The translations under genes were made by a program, and so were the position numbers. This document shows, in pieces, positions 28,861 through 45,737 of a stretch of DNA of 64,000 bases. Every line of letters begins with the position of its first letter. The stretch's first letter is position 1. This stretch comes from Octopus vulgaris (taxonomy: Eukaryota). The notes beneath the pieces are model-generated. The model had not been told where the DNA came from, made no database searches, and saw nothing but the letters and a program-made list of their open reading frames with translations. Location: NCBI GenBank assembly GCA_951406725.2, contig OX597835.1, positions 3,596,001 to 3,660,000 of the forward strand, written 5' to 3'.

Positions 28861-29827
28861 GCCTTTCATTCTCTCTTTCTCCTCCCCCTCCTTCACACAA
28901 CGTTTCTTCGCCTTCTCTAACAGAGACACATCTCTTTCTCAACGCTCTTTCTTTCTCCACCCTCTCTCTCTCTCTCTCACTCCCCCTCTCTCCTCCTTTC
29001 TTCCTCCCTTTCGTTCGCTGCCTACCTCCCGCTTCTCCTCACTTCTACCTCCTCCTTACATCTACCGCTTGGACTCGCGCGTGCGCACATCCACGCACGC
29101 ATACGCAAACGTCCAAAGCTATTCAAACTCACACCACTTTCTCTTCTCTCTCTCTCTCTCTCTCTTACACACACATAGAAGGTGGACAGTGGCGGTGACG
29201 AGGTGGTGAGGAGAGTAACCATTCCAAACTAAGGGAATTTAGTTGTCAGGAAGCTTGCAACACACAAGTGACCATCACTCGACCGATAATACATATTGCA
29301 TATTATATATACATATATATGTGTGTATACATTGTTTTGGTGATCGTGTAAATAACTATTCAGACGCCTAGCTTTTTCAGCTAAATGAACGGACATCAAC
29401 CATACAAATACTGTTTACTTCGTCACAGACAACTTTTGCAACAAGTCACGATGCACGCACAACGATTCTTGCCCTGATTTTATCCATAAATTTATATACA
29501 TACATACACACACACACATACGCTCACACATACACACACACATACATATATACATACACGCGCGCGCACACACAGGCAAATAGATACACACACACGTATT
29601 CACATCGCCTTCTTCTTTTCCAAAGTGCTGCGAAAGAACTACTAGCAGAAAAGTTAGTCTAAAAGCCCTCCCCTAAAGCCTTGACAATTAATTCAACATT
29701 ATTAGAATTATAAGTTTTGTTAACACCGCAAATTCAAAACAGATCTCCAATTACATATAAGTATAAACACACATACACTCACATACATATATACATACAT
29801 ATATATATACACATTAACAACCATACA

Positions 29828-29862
<35 letters not shown>

Positions 29863-30639
29863 GCATTAACAGCCATATATTCATGATCATCTACAACATA
29901 CATGCATAAAACACCCCGATCCCACCCATATATCTATATACCCTTGTTTAATAACCTTGTGGAACTTACCTATGCTGGATTACGTGGAACCATTCGTAGT
30001 ACGACGATGTTTGGTAAAAAATGCTGAAGTAAGTACTTTTATGTATAGGCGTACGAGTCCATATATCTATGCATGTGTGAATTTATGTATGTACGTATAT
30101 GTGTATATATGAATGCCTGACAGTATTATGCATGCGTATGTATGTGTATATAGCGTGTGCACATGCGCATGTATATGTGCGTGCATATGCAGGCGCGTAT
30201 GTATATATGCAATTACGTTTTTATTTATGTATCCATCATCCTTATCTTTCATCTATGTGTATGCGTGATGTGATGTATGTTTGTATATATACGCATACAT
30301 GTAATATATATATATATATATATATGCATATATGCATATATGTATATATATATATATATATATACATATTTGTATGTATGTATGTATGTACGTATGTGTT
30401 TTTGTACGTATGTATGCATAACTGTGTGTGTACGTGATGTATGTTTGTATATATGCATACATGTAAAATATATATATATATATGTAAATGTATGTATGTA
30501 TGTATCTACATATGTGTCTATGTACGTATGTATGCATCACTGTGTGTGTACGTATATGTGTGTATGCGTGTATTGTGGGCTTTTATGTATTACTTTGATT
30601 TATATCATTCTTCACACTCACGCACACACTCACCTGCAT

Positions 30640-30679
<40 letters not shown>

Positions 30680-30804
30680 GCGCGCGCACCTGAATACGAC
30701 ATGGCCGATATTAAGTAAAGTACTGATTGTAATAACATTCCAGAAATATGGCATCAGGAGGGAATATCGATTAAATTTATTGCAGCATTTCACTGGCACT
30801 CAGA

Positions 30805-30842
<38 letters not shown>

Positions 30843-30875
30843 TAATAATAATAATTTCAAGATTTGGCACAATGC

Positions 30876-30927
<52 letters not shown>

Positions 30928-31923
30928 GATAATAATAATTTCAAGATTTTAAACATTTGGAATTCTACTTAAATCCTTAGAAATAGAAGTTGAAGAAATC
31001 AAGGATTCCCAAAGTAATTTCGCAGTGGAAACTTTTATACTATTCCTCAAAACATCGCATCGCCTAAACCTAATTCTCAAGGCCCCTCCTCACCGATCTA
31101 ATTTTGATAAAAGTAATAAAGCAAAAATTGCTTATTCATATATAAAGATATTCTTCCAATATTTTGAAAATTTCGAATAGCTTTCATTCTTTGACATGCT
31201 TCAGTCATGTGCCTCCGGCCATGTTGCAGCACATATGTTCCTAAAAACTTTTTTTTCCGGGAATTCCATGTTGACAAAAAGCAAAATATTTATTTTCTAA
31301 AATATTGACATTGTCAAGATTAAATAAATAAGTGTCGTCACATCTAGATGTGACACAGCATTAAGATGTGTGATATCCTAACGAAATATAAAAGTACACG
31401 AAACTAAGATGGACCCAACATGGTCGGTCGACTGCTAGAAACAACACGAAAGAGATTGTCGACCTAGCAGCCGATCTACATTCTATACAAAATACAAGCA
31501 AAACCGACGAGAGGGTCAGGACAGGAATGGCGCGACCGTTTCTTGATTTTAAATCTGAATAAACACTGATACAGAGTTACCGTGCATTCTATTTTCCGTC
31601 TCTATAATTTCTCTCACACACAAACGCCCCACCGCACACACTCATATTATAAACATACATACTTACATACATATACCTGCATATATATATATATGTATGT
31701 GTGTGTATACACATATACATATGTATGTATATATATGAGTGTGTGTGTGTTTCTATATGCATATATGTATATATACATATATATATAATTATACATATAT
31801 ACATACATATATATATATATATATCGGTTCTTGACTGAAGATTGAAGGCTTCGAATGTCCCGTCCGTGTTTTTTGTATCGTCTTCTAAATGTTTTGCGTT
31901 CTTGTCCCAGTTTGTATTTTTTT

Positions 31924-32032
<109 letters not shown>

Positions 32033-32064
32033 TCTGTGTGTGTGTGTGAGTGAGTGTAAATATA

Positions 32065-32109
<45 letters not shown>

Positions 32110-32110
32110 G

Positions 32111-32150
<40 letters not shown>

Positions 32151-32887
32151 TTAGTTAGTTTGAAAGATTTTATTATCCGGGCGGATACCGTGTTAGCCCT
32201 CAATTGAGTTCCAATCAACGGCTGAACACAGCGATCAGTGTCCACAGTTAGTTGTGAATTCTCCGTGAATTCTTTCCATTGGCAATAACAGTGTGCTCCA
32301 TGCTGGGCTGTAAATATTGCCTGATGAAGCTGCACCGACAATACAGCAAAGTTGCATTTGCAACTGAGAGTAGCCGCGGCAATGGAAACACGTGTAGCAC
32401 ATTATAATGTGTTGTATGTAACTATAGAATAAATTTTGTGGATGTATAAGCCGCCATATTTTTTAGCATTATTAATATTAAAACACACACGAGCGCGCAT
32501 GCACACGCATACACATAAGCATAAATATATGCATAAATGAAAATATTATTTGAAAGGAATAAACGATTATTTTAGACAAAGTGGACTCATAGCTGAATGC
32601 CTGAGTAACACCGATAGCTTCAAGTGAATTTTCGTTATTTTTCCCTCTATGTCTACGTGAATTGTTTTTGAGTATACATTGTCTGGGAGACTCTTCTTAT
32701 AGAAGAGGAAATGGCTAAATATTTTGGCTGCTATTTCTAAAAGTTCGGTACGTGGTAAAGCAAATTTTTTTGCTGAACCCTAATTATATATAATAAATAT
32801 ATATATAAATATATATATATGTAATAAATATATATATCTGCTTCCATTTCTGAGCGCCTATAATAATATATAATTGTTCCATATATT

Positions 32888-32932
<45 letters not shown>

Positions 32933-32956
32933 GTGGTCATCCTTCTTATATGCGTG

Positions 32957-33059
32957 TAATATAATTTTTCTGAGTCTTCAGATTTTAATATACTAGACCA
33001 CTGGTTTTTAAATATTAATCAAATTAATATTCAATTTTTCACCCTTGTTATTTAAAATT

Positions 33060-33093
<34 letters not shown>

Positions 33094-33104
33094 TATATAT
33101 ATAT

Positions 33105-33142
<38 letters not shown>

Positions 33143-33282
33143 CCAAATATATATGTATATATATATAATATATATATATATAATATAATTTTTGAATCTT
33201 CAGATTTTAATATACTAGACCACTGGTTTATAAATTGATATTAATCAAATTAATATTCAATTTTTCACCCTTGTTATTTAAA

Positions 33283-33329
<47 letters not shown>

Positions 33330-33400
33330 TATACACACATATATATATATACACACATATATATATATACACCCAAATATATATGTGTATATATATATAT
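32957..33400 (+). repeat. Local tandem duplication (~225-bp unit x2) including microsatellite
   Basis: taatataattttt..tcttcagattttaatatactagaccactgg..cccttgttatttaaaattt starts at 32957 and 33181. A related fragment lies at ~38005-38075. Confidence 0.85.
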
Positions 33401-33401
33401 A

Positions 33402-33623
33402 CAGACACGGAATCCGCCCAAAATATGTATACACCCTTCAGGGAAAGGAAACAAATGTATATAAATATTTAAGTTGTATAAGTACCTCCATAAATATAGA
33501 AACCGCTTTCAGTGTTTTATCAAGCTGCGATAACAGCGAATAAATGGCAATGACACTGAATTCTGGTATTCATACAGATTTTGCCATCGCTGAAGTCTGC
33601 ATACATTTTCTGGGCGGACACTG
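33402..33623. mobile_element. Tc1/mariner-type MITE
   Basis: Imperfect TIRs (cag..tccgcccaaaatatgtat / atacattttctgggcggacactg) with TA on both flanks. Confidence 0.6.
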
Positions 33624-33639
33624 TAAACACATGAACACA

Positions 33640-35301
<1,662 letters not shown>

Positions 35302-35854
35302 GTAATTAAAAAGTCAATAAAATAAAATGTAGAAGGAAAATTAAAAAAGATGCTCGGTTTGTTTTATTTGCATTACAATTGGAAATTTGGAAATGTTATA
35401 CAGATTAAAAACACATGCCTATAAGAGTATAAAAGGAACCGCTTCGACCATCAAAATACCCCCAAAATATCCCCACCAAATAAATATACTACATACATAT
35501 ATATGCTTCCGTATAACAATATTTAAGATTCATCAATAATTATAACTTTAAAAGATGCAGTAGTCTGTTTTATCTCTTCAGTTACGAAATAACTTAATTG
35601 ACTAATTTGTGGGCAATGTTTAGATATTTTCAAATGTAAACAACGTACTTTGAAAGACGCATAGCTTAAGTACTTAGAAATTTATCGTTTAAAATTCAGT
35701 CAATATTGAACGTCAATATGAAATCCACACCTACCTATCACACATACTACTACACCATATTCATATTTACACCTGCAAAGGTTAACGCGATGGAAGCAGC
35801 AAAAGGACGGTCACAACCCTTCGTGATTGGTGCAATACAGAAAAAAACTATGTG

Positions 35855-35896
<42 letters not shown>

Positions 35897-36156
35897 GTGT
35901 ATATATAAACATATATATATCACATATATACACACGTGCATATATATATATACATATACATATATGTAAATATATATGTATGTATGTATGCATGCATGTA
36001 TGTATGTATGTATTTATGTATTTCAATGCATGATGGGTCGAAACGATCGTTGTGATTAATCAAGAATCTATCCATTCTGTGTTTCTCTCTTATGTTGTAT
36101 ATGCATATACATATATGCAACTTGGCATATATACATACACACACACACGCGCGCAT

Positions 36157-36204
<48 letters not shown>

Positions 36205-36239
36205 AGAGAGAGAGAGAGAGAAGATAGATATATATATAT

Positions 36240-36339
<100 letters not shown>

Positions 36340-36713
36340 TATAGACACCAATCACCGAACTTTCGAAATCTACACTCCTGGACTGTATAGTCCCAAGTAA
36401 GATCGGTATTCTTCAGGTGTAGCGAATCCAAATGTCATATTGGTGAAAACAAGGCGTGACTTTAGCGAAGAGTATAAAATAATCGCAATAAGATGACAGT
36501 GTTTGTCACATCTTTTATCGACCAGTTAGAATTCAGGCAAAGCTTTTCACGTGGAATGCTTGCTTGAGATGTTGCTAGAAATAAAGATGGTACAGGAAAC
36601 TTTTGTAACTGGGCATTAGCCATGCGATAAACTCTTTGTTTGTTTTCTTATTTGGGTTATGTGCATGTGTGTGTGTGTGTGTGTGTGTGTGCGGGCGTAT
36701 GTGTGCATGCATA

Positions 36714-36748
<35 letters not shown>

Positions 36749-36750
<2 letters not shown>

Positions 36751-36983
36751 AGGCGCGTGGCTCAGTAGTTAGGGTGTTGAACTCATGATCGTAAGGTTGT
36801 GGTTTCGATTTCTGGACTGGGCGATGCGTTGTGTTCTTGAGCAAAACACTTCATTTTCACGTTGCTCCAGTCCACTCAGCTGGCAAAAAAAGAGTAATCC
36901 TGCGACGGATGGGGAATTTCTCCGCCACTGAAATCGGGAAACCTGCACTTATGAGCCTTGCATGGCTCGAGAAGGAACATTTA
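36749..36983 (+). mobile_element. tRNA-derived SINE family G, full length
   Basis: A-box TGGCTCAGTAG and B-box-like GTTTCGATTTC. Core shared with the 18665 and 26950 copies. Confidence 0.8.
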
Positions 36984-37005
36984 TATATATAAATATATAT
37001 ATATA

Positions 37006-37276
37006 CATTGGGGTGCAAAAGCAGGTATACTGTAAGTATCCCATCAATGTTATAAAACTTAGTTCATTAACATTATTTATTAGTACATGGAATTAATTAG
37101 CTTCATTTTTTATGTTTTCAGTGTCATTAATCATAATAATACATTTATCATAACTATAATATTTATCTTGTAACTTTTAAAATTTTTGATAAAAAGAAAT
37201 GATAAAAAGAAATAAGCATTGTACGTTTGTACGTATTTACTTTTTCATAACTGTATACCTACTTTTGTACCAACCT

Positions 37277-37277
<1 letters not shown>
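37006..37277. mobile_element. Tc1/mariner-type MITE
   Basis: ~27-bp imperfect TIRs cattggggtgcaaaagcaggtatactg / ctgtatacctacttttgtaccaacctg with TA flanks. Confidence 0.7.
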
Positions 37278-37322
<45 letters not shown>

Positions 37323-37777
37323 CTAAACTTATATACATACATATGCTTAATATAATCAACAGATGAGATTCAGATATTCTGTGTATGGAAGACAGTAGTG
37401 CTCATATGTTTCAAACTTAGGCTCCGATGTCTTTACAGGGGATCAATAATTCCACGGGGTAATTGATCCCTCTTATAACTGTTTTCATGTACATCAGTAT
37501 GCAAAAAAAAAAAAAAAAAAAAAAAAAACTTCAGTATGCAAACAATTGGCATTTCATATGTCCAAAACTATAGAACATTCTACAAAAACAATTTTAGAGA
37601 TATTCGAAATGTAGAAGGTGTAAAGGTTTTCAAAGATCCTTCTGGAAAAATTTTCGTCTGAGATACCAGATAAGCCCACCTCACAGCAGGAGGCACAAAG
37701 AGGAGCAGCTATGTCCACATCACTACTTCACGAGAAACTGTACAGAATATATACATACATACACACACACATATATG

Positions 37778-37822
<45 letters not shown>

Positions 37823-37951
37823 CATGTATATATATATATATGTACGTATAAATATATATGAATTTGTATCTATATATACATGAGAATGTACAAGTTTGTG
37901 TATGTTCCATTATATACACATCTTTGAACAAGTTTGAAGCATTATTACTTA

Positions 37952-38003
<52 letters not shown>

Positions 38004-38069
38004 TCGGATTTTTTTTAATATGCTAGGTCACTGGTTTTAATTTATTAATATCAATTTCTACCCTTATTC

Positions 38070-38130
<61 letters not shown>

Positions 38131-38823
38131 AAATGGAGAATTATACATACTTAAAATCGTTTTATTTAGAATTTTTTTCTATCCTCTTAAATTCCGGTTT
38201 GTATTTCTACTGTATAAGTGTCTTAGGATTCTAAGATGTGATAGTTCTGTGCATGTGACCGAATTATATATTAAACCAATTCTAGTACAAACTCTAGATT
38301 CAAATATTGACATTCTTATGCAGATTATTTCCAAGATGATCCCCATAAAGGTGAATGAAGCGAACTAGTAAGAGAGGTTTTAATTAAAAAAAAGTTTCAA
38401 AGATGCTTAATTCTGCATAATTTATTATGTCTTCATACACAGACACACATATATATGTATGACCATGTATGTATATGTATGTATGTAAGTATGTATGTAT
38501 GTATAGACAGATAGCTAGATAGATGTATATGAATATATTTATGTACACACACACACACACATGTGCATATGTAAGAATAGATAGTGGAAATTTAACGAAA
38601 AACCGAAGACGAAGACAGGTGTATGAACAAGTAGGTGTATTTGTTTGACGCTCGGGAAAGTGAGAAAGTTTTTTTACGTTTCGAGCCTATGCTCTTCAAC
38701 AGAAAAGAATATGAGAAAATAGAGAGAGAATAAAAAAAGAACTTTGTGGATTTAGCGATCAAGCATGGCAAGTGTATGTATATACATATATACATACATA
38801 TGTGTATATATACATATGTGAAC

Positions 38824-38854
<31 letters not shown>

Positions 38855-38925
38855 AATATATAGGTATATTTATATATATGTATGTAAATACACACACACA
38901 CACATATATATATAAATATGTATGT

Positions 38926-38962
<37 letters not shown>

Positions 38963-39026
38963 TATATACATATAGATATGTATATGTGTATATGTATATA
39001 TATATACACGTACATTTATCTCTCTC

Positions 39027-39064
<38 letters not shown>

Positions 39065-39113
39065 CACACATACATACATACAAACACCTACGTACATATA
39101 CATATACATATAC

Positions 39114-39162
<49 letters not shown>

Positions 39163-39463
39163 TGTACATGATAACGTAATAATTCATGGAGAATTAAGCC
39201 CCTTTAAGACTTTTTTAATTAAAACTTCTTTTGTCAGTTCGCTTCATCCATCCCAATTGAGATCGCCTTGGAAATAATCTGCGTAAGAATGTCAACGTTT
39301 GAATCAGAATTTGTACTAGAATTGGTTTAATATAATTCGGTCAGATGCACCGAACTATCACATCTTAGAATCCTAAGACACAGTAGAAATACAAGGCGGA
39401 ATTTAAGAGGATGAAAAACATTCTAAATAAAGCGATTTTAAGAATATGTATAACTCTCCATTG
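38131..39463. repeat. Long inverted repeat: ~300-bp arms at 38131-38432 and 39170-39463
   Basis: Arms are diverged reverse complements (e.g. gtgtcttaggattctaagatgtgatagttc / gaactatcacatcttagaatcctaagacac) with a ~740-bp spacer. Confidence 0.85.
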
Positions 39464-39707
39464 TTTATTGTCTTTATAATATACTCTGAAATTCTACACG
39501 TAATCCTTCGAATTCAGGAAGGGATTCCGCAAAAATTGTTTATTCTAAGTGGTTCTAAATGTTTCCTAATATTCGATGTTGTGAGTCAAATCTGGATTTT
39601 AACAGAGCACTCGTCGGTGTGTAGTTGAATATGAATTTTCTTTTCCTTTGTGTTATGTGTGTGTACGTTCGTGTGTGTGTATGTGCCTATGCACGTGTAT
39701 GTGCGTG

Positions 39708-39769
<62 letters not shown>

Positions 39770-39930
39770 ATACGTACACGTACACACACATTCTATAACT
39801 AATAATAATATTTCATAAGCTTTAAGCTTACAAGCGATCACCGTGCTTTGGCTAAAGAAAATACTCTAATATGGGGGCATATAAGCCCTCGACTAAAAAT
39901 GTGGGTTTTCCGTACGCATGGGACACAAAC

Positions 39931-40055
<125 letters not shown>

Positions 40056-40084
40056 GGTGTATATATAGGTGTATAGGTGTACTT

Positions 40085-40830
40085 GAGATTGAGCTAAGTC
40101 TCATCTGTCGATGGGCAGGTGGAAGTAATATGGAACGCATCGAATGTTCTTTACGAAACTCACACGCCCAATACAAATTATTTGACACCAGAAAGTACAA
40201 CGATTGAAAGCTAAACTAAAATATAGGACTTTAGGAGTAATCATGTCAAATGAAGCATCTTTATTTAATCAGACACATCACCCACTTGACCTCAAAATGC
40301 AGACGTTTCATCGGATGGATCCTGAGAACCTTCATAATACGAAAGCCAGTAATTGTGCTGAGTCACAGGAAAACCTTAATTCATGAGTAGACTGGTTTAC
40401 GGCCCACAGCCTTGGTTTCCAAATACACTCGGTCCCAATGAAAAAAATGGAAGTTTAGAGGGAATGATCACAAGTGAAATAACTTCGATCAAAAGACTTA
40501 CTGAGAACTTCACAGAACTATATCTCTAACTATATATGTTATTATTTATTGAAGAAAGATCTTGGATGGTCATATCCCAACCTTCGGCATTAAAGAAAAT
40601 TTTGAAGAAAGAACTTGAAGGTACCGTCTTCAAAATCACGTGCATGGACACTCTGCTACAATAACTTGCTATTATGAGGCCCTCAAGGATTCACCTGCCT
40701 ATCTGAAATATAACAGGGACTTCTATCGAAGTCATTCGATGAAATCTAAACCAAAATAACAGCCAACCAAATATACAAGGTTCTAATCACGGCAGATCCG
40801 CTGCTACTCACTCAATTATAACACAGAATT
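40085..40830 (+). mobile_element. Highly decayed CR1/L2-like LINE, 3' part of ORF2
   Basis: Across frameshifts: RTLGVIMSN, HITHLTSKCRRFIGWILRTF, SRLVYGPQPWFP. These resemble the post-YADD region of CR1-group RTs. Confidence 0.6.
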
Positions 40831-40950
40831 CAGCAATGAAACTCCAACAATACTGTGGGAAAATGTTTATATACAAAACATATCAGAAAACACAAAATAC
40901 AATAAAAAATAATAGAATAAAAATAATACAATAATATATATATATATATA

Positions 40951-41050
<100 letters not shown>

Positions 41051-41186
41051 AACATATATATATATAAATATATATACACATATTTACATGTATATATGCA
41101 TACATATTAAAAATATATGTGTACCAATTACAAACACATACACACATACACACACATGCACAGAGGCATATATACATACATATATA

Positions 41187-41221
<35 letters not shown>

Positions 41222-41359
41222 TCACATACGTATGTGTATGTACTCTATTTTATATATATACTTACATATAATATATATATATATATGAGCGCCCAATAAT
41301 ACTTTATTTGTTCCACATCCTCGCGTTGTTGTCTTTTTGTTTTCTTGTTTGGATTAACT

Positions 41360-41422
<63 letters not shown>

Positions 41423-41964
41423 CACACACACACACACACTCACACACACACACACACAATTGTAATGCATTATAGTTTATTGTTATTGACTGAATTACAC
41501 TTTTTTTTTGCTACGTTTCTCGTTTTTCCTTCAGATACAATTAATATTTACTTAGCAGATATACTGCTTTCATATTTTAAAGAATTGTATATGCATAAGT
41601 GTGTATGTGTGTGTGTGTCTCCTTTACACGGAAGGACGTTGTTTGTTTATTCTATTCACATCTAATTCTTTCAAAGCAAATTATTTTAAGCTATGAATCC
41701 AGTTTTTTTGAAAGTATTGAATCCCAAAGAAATATTCCAAATACAACGACATTTACAGTCTCAAAACAATCAATTTCAGAAAACCTGTAGAGCAGGCGGT
41801 GGTAGAGTCTCTTTGCTAAATTATTAAATGTGTAAGATAGATAGAAAGATAGATAGATAGAGAAGTTCAGCAAACATTTAGATTCAGATGAATATGGTAT
41901 ATAAGTTGAGGCACCAGAATTTAGTTCGGTATTATCCATACAATTTCAAAATAAGGTGATTAGA

Positions 41965-42360
<396 letters not shown>

Positions 42361-42429
42361 ATAGATAGATAGATAAATACACAGACAGACAGACAGATAG
42401 ATCGATAGATCATTAGATCGACAGATAGA

Positions 42430-43350
42430 CAGTGATTTTTGCGTAAGTAATACAAAAGTTGTCTTCTCCCCCAAACTACTACTTAAAATAGTTTCCATGA
42501 AAAGCGATGCATTTGAGGTACCGTTGAATCCATCACTCGAATATCATTTGTAAAAACAGTTCAGGTGTGATACCCTGCGTATTTCCTGTTGCTTTTTGCT
42601 GGTTTGTGTCATCATATCTTTGTTCAGGAAGTCTGACCTTTATTGGGCCGAACTTATAGAAATCAGAAGGCACCAGATCCAAATTGCAAGGTGTATGGAG
42701 AGTTGACCAGCTCATGGTGCTGATTGTCTGATTTTTCCCGAAGATGTATTTGTGAATGTGAACGGGGAATGTCGATAGTCTTTAGATTCTTGCTCAATAT
42801 TTTCCTCTTAAATAATTCTCCAAGCCTTTTGAGAGTCTCAGTTTATCGCTCGTTGCTCATGCTGGAACCACATTCAGAAAATCATGGAATATGACGCCAT
42901 TATTATCCCCAAAAGCAGCACAATTTCTGTCTTTCGCAGGCTATTGAAATTCCTAGTCGTTGGAGAAAAGCTGTAACGCCATTCCATGAACTGATCCTTC
43001 GTTTACAAATCACAAACATGAACCTTGCTTTCAACTCCTGTCACCGGGTCAGCGAAAGCGTGTCTTCATTGGCTTCTAACACTTTAGAGCAAGCGTCTAC
43101 CCGTGACCCTGCTGTCGAAGTATTCAATTTGCACATTGTTTCTGATACCGAAAATGTCTCATTATCTTCTGTTACGCATTGTGTCCAGTTGTCCAACCAA
43201 CAGATTGAGCCTCGTCTGACCGCACTAATCGGTTCAACCACTCACTGGTCATTCATGTCAATGGCTACATTGCGGATTTGTCTTCTTCCTCATTTCATTT
43301 GTGTACATCGCTCTTGTGAATGGTGTCATCTCAGTAAACAACCCCTTGTG
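42430..43350 (-). mobile_element. Highly decayed mariner transposase relic
   Basis: ORF 42533-42715 WSTLHTPCNLDLVPSDFYKFGPIK matches the mariner W..LPHPPYSPDLAPSDFHLFGPLK motif. Upstream sequence is heavily degraded and boundaries are uncertain. Confidence 0.7.
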
Positions 43351-43409
43351 GATGTGCAAGTATGTATGTATGTATGTATGTATGTATGTATGTATGTATC
43401 TTCTATTTA

Positions 43410-43812
43410 TTAATTATTCCACCAGGGAGGGTGCCGGTTTCCAACAAAGATGCAAGGCTCCATTTTTGGGATGTAGTTAACAGACAAATTTACATTTGGA
43501 ACTTAAGGAAAGTCTTGCATACTTTTACTGTTCGACTCACAGGTTGGACTTGTAATGTGCGAATCAGTCGGTCAGTTTCTCTTTCTGAAAATCCCAGTTT
43601 ATCCAGGTTTTCTTTCTAGTATTTACTAACAAAATCTAGTGCTCCAATTATTGTTGGTATGTTTCACACCTAAGAGCGAATTGTAACAACTTCAAGAAGA
43701 GGCTGGAGGTTCCGAAGCGATTGCCCATAGATATCTTCTTTTTCTTTGATTTTCAAAGAGATATTTATATCTGCAGGGCAGCTAACCTCTATGATGGTAC
43801 ATATCTTTGCCC
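43410..43812 (-). mobile_element. 3' fragment of an R4/Dong-like non-LTR element (restriction-like endonuclease C-terminus and 3' UTR)
   Basis: [33 protein letters not shown], then IPTIIGAL and LGFSERETDRLIRTLQVQ..TVKVCKTFLKF. Homologous to the C-terminus at 47050-47390. Confidence 0.8.
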
Positions 43813-43875
43813 CGTATGTATGTATGTATGCATGTAAATATACGTGTGTATGCGTGAATATATGTATATATACTG

Positions 43876-44217
<342 letters not shown>

Positions 44218-45737
44218 GGGTATATATATATATATATTATATACACGCACACACATTTGTATAATTTTCTTTCATTCCAATAAACGGCTAAGTATTCCTC
44301 CATCATTCAATTATTTCACCAATATCTAATCCTCCTGTTTTTGTCGAACAGTCCTGTCTCACACCTAAGAACGACCAATCGTAACAACTTCGAGAAGAAT
44401 TAGAGCCCATGGTTGAACTTATATTTTCAGAAAGAAATAGCAGCCAAATCTTCTTTTAGAACCATACCTATTCTACCCTTGTTGCATAATCAATGACTTT
44501 GAATAGCATAATTCGGGTACAGAATGTTTGAAAATTTGGTCGGATCTTCATAGCTGGAATCTCTTTAATTATAGAACCTGCGCCGTATAATTATAAAGCT
44601 ATAGATGACCTTCCACAAAATAGCCACAGGTGGTGGTGGTCGTGGTGGAAGTACTTTAGCGGCAACTCAGCCCTGATTAAGCACCATTAGCGGAAAATCT
44701 TGCAAATACAAGAACAGCTCTTGATAATTACAATACACTGGATGATGATAATGATAATGACGATGGTGATAATGATGAGGGCTGCATTATCAGAAGCACT
44801 CGTACAGATAACCACACCGAGTCCCGCTTAAATAGTAACGTAGGTAAACATATTACAGTTTCACCGTGGATTTATAAAAGTTATTACAATGTAAAAGCTA
44901 TTTACATTGATGTGAGTATTAAATAACCCAGTGTAGACAGTCTCACACACACACACACACACACACACGTAACAATGCCTACGCCTGTACATTGGTCGGT
45001 GTAGGCAATAAGCTAAACAAACTACAGTTGATGGTTTCACAATCCGCAGGGTGTCTGTAAAAGTGCAAGGCATATATATGTTTAATTGTTCTTTTTCTGA
45101 AATTTTGAATTTGTTAAACTTTCTGGGTGTAATTATTTATCAAGGAAATCACAAAGTTTTGCATTAAGTCCTAATCAAGTCTAAATCTAGCTCTGCTTAC
45201 CATTTATAACATAGAAATGCGAGATCTGTTTTGCTTTATTAATTTCAATAACTTTATTTACAGAAAAGATCAATTCTTATTTAACTTATTTAATTCAAGT
45301 TTTATCAAAATTCTGTTTCAGATAAAAACCATTTTGAAGAAAACCCAAGCAAGAATGCTGGTCTCTGCACGGTGGACTTAAGAGTCGAAGTTTTTAAAAT
45401 CTCATTTCCTTCAAATTTAAGGCGACAAAAAAAAAAAAAAGAGCAAGAAAATATATTAGATTTAAATATTTAAATATATAATTAAGTAATTAGTGAATTC
45501 AGAACTAAATAAACTTATTATTTTTGGAATGTCGTGGAATTTATAATTCCAAAGACATTGATGAGGAAGGTAAGGTGACGAGAAGTTGAAAACGACATTT
45601 CTTAGCTTGATCTTCAACCATTCGCATCATAAACTGCATAAAGTGTTTCTGCAAAATCCGTCACCGTGGCTTTACTCGATATTAGTCAGCAATCCGTTTT
45701 TCGACAAACGGACGGTTACCTGGATACAGACGAGGTG

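Noticed and set aside
36749-36825. tRNA-like sequence (similar heads at 26199 and 27150-27226)
   Set aside because: No complete cloverleaf. It continues directly into repeated SINE cores, so these are SINE heads and not tRNA genes.
45570-45605. GTAAGG donor and cttag acceptor pair in the putative 5' UTR
   Set aside because: The implied 36-nt intron is too short to be credible without transcript evidence.
45666-45737. N-terminal extension from the GTG start in the ORF track
   Set aside because: Eukaryotic locus. The first ATG (45738) places the TN motif near the N-terminus as in NK4 proteins.
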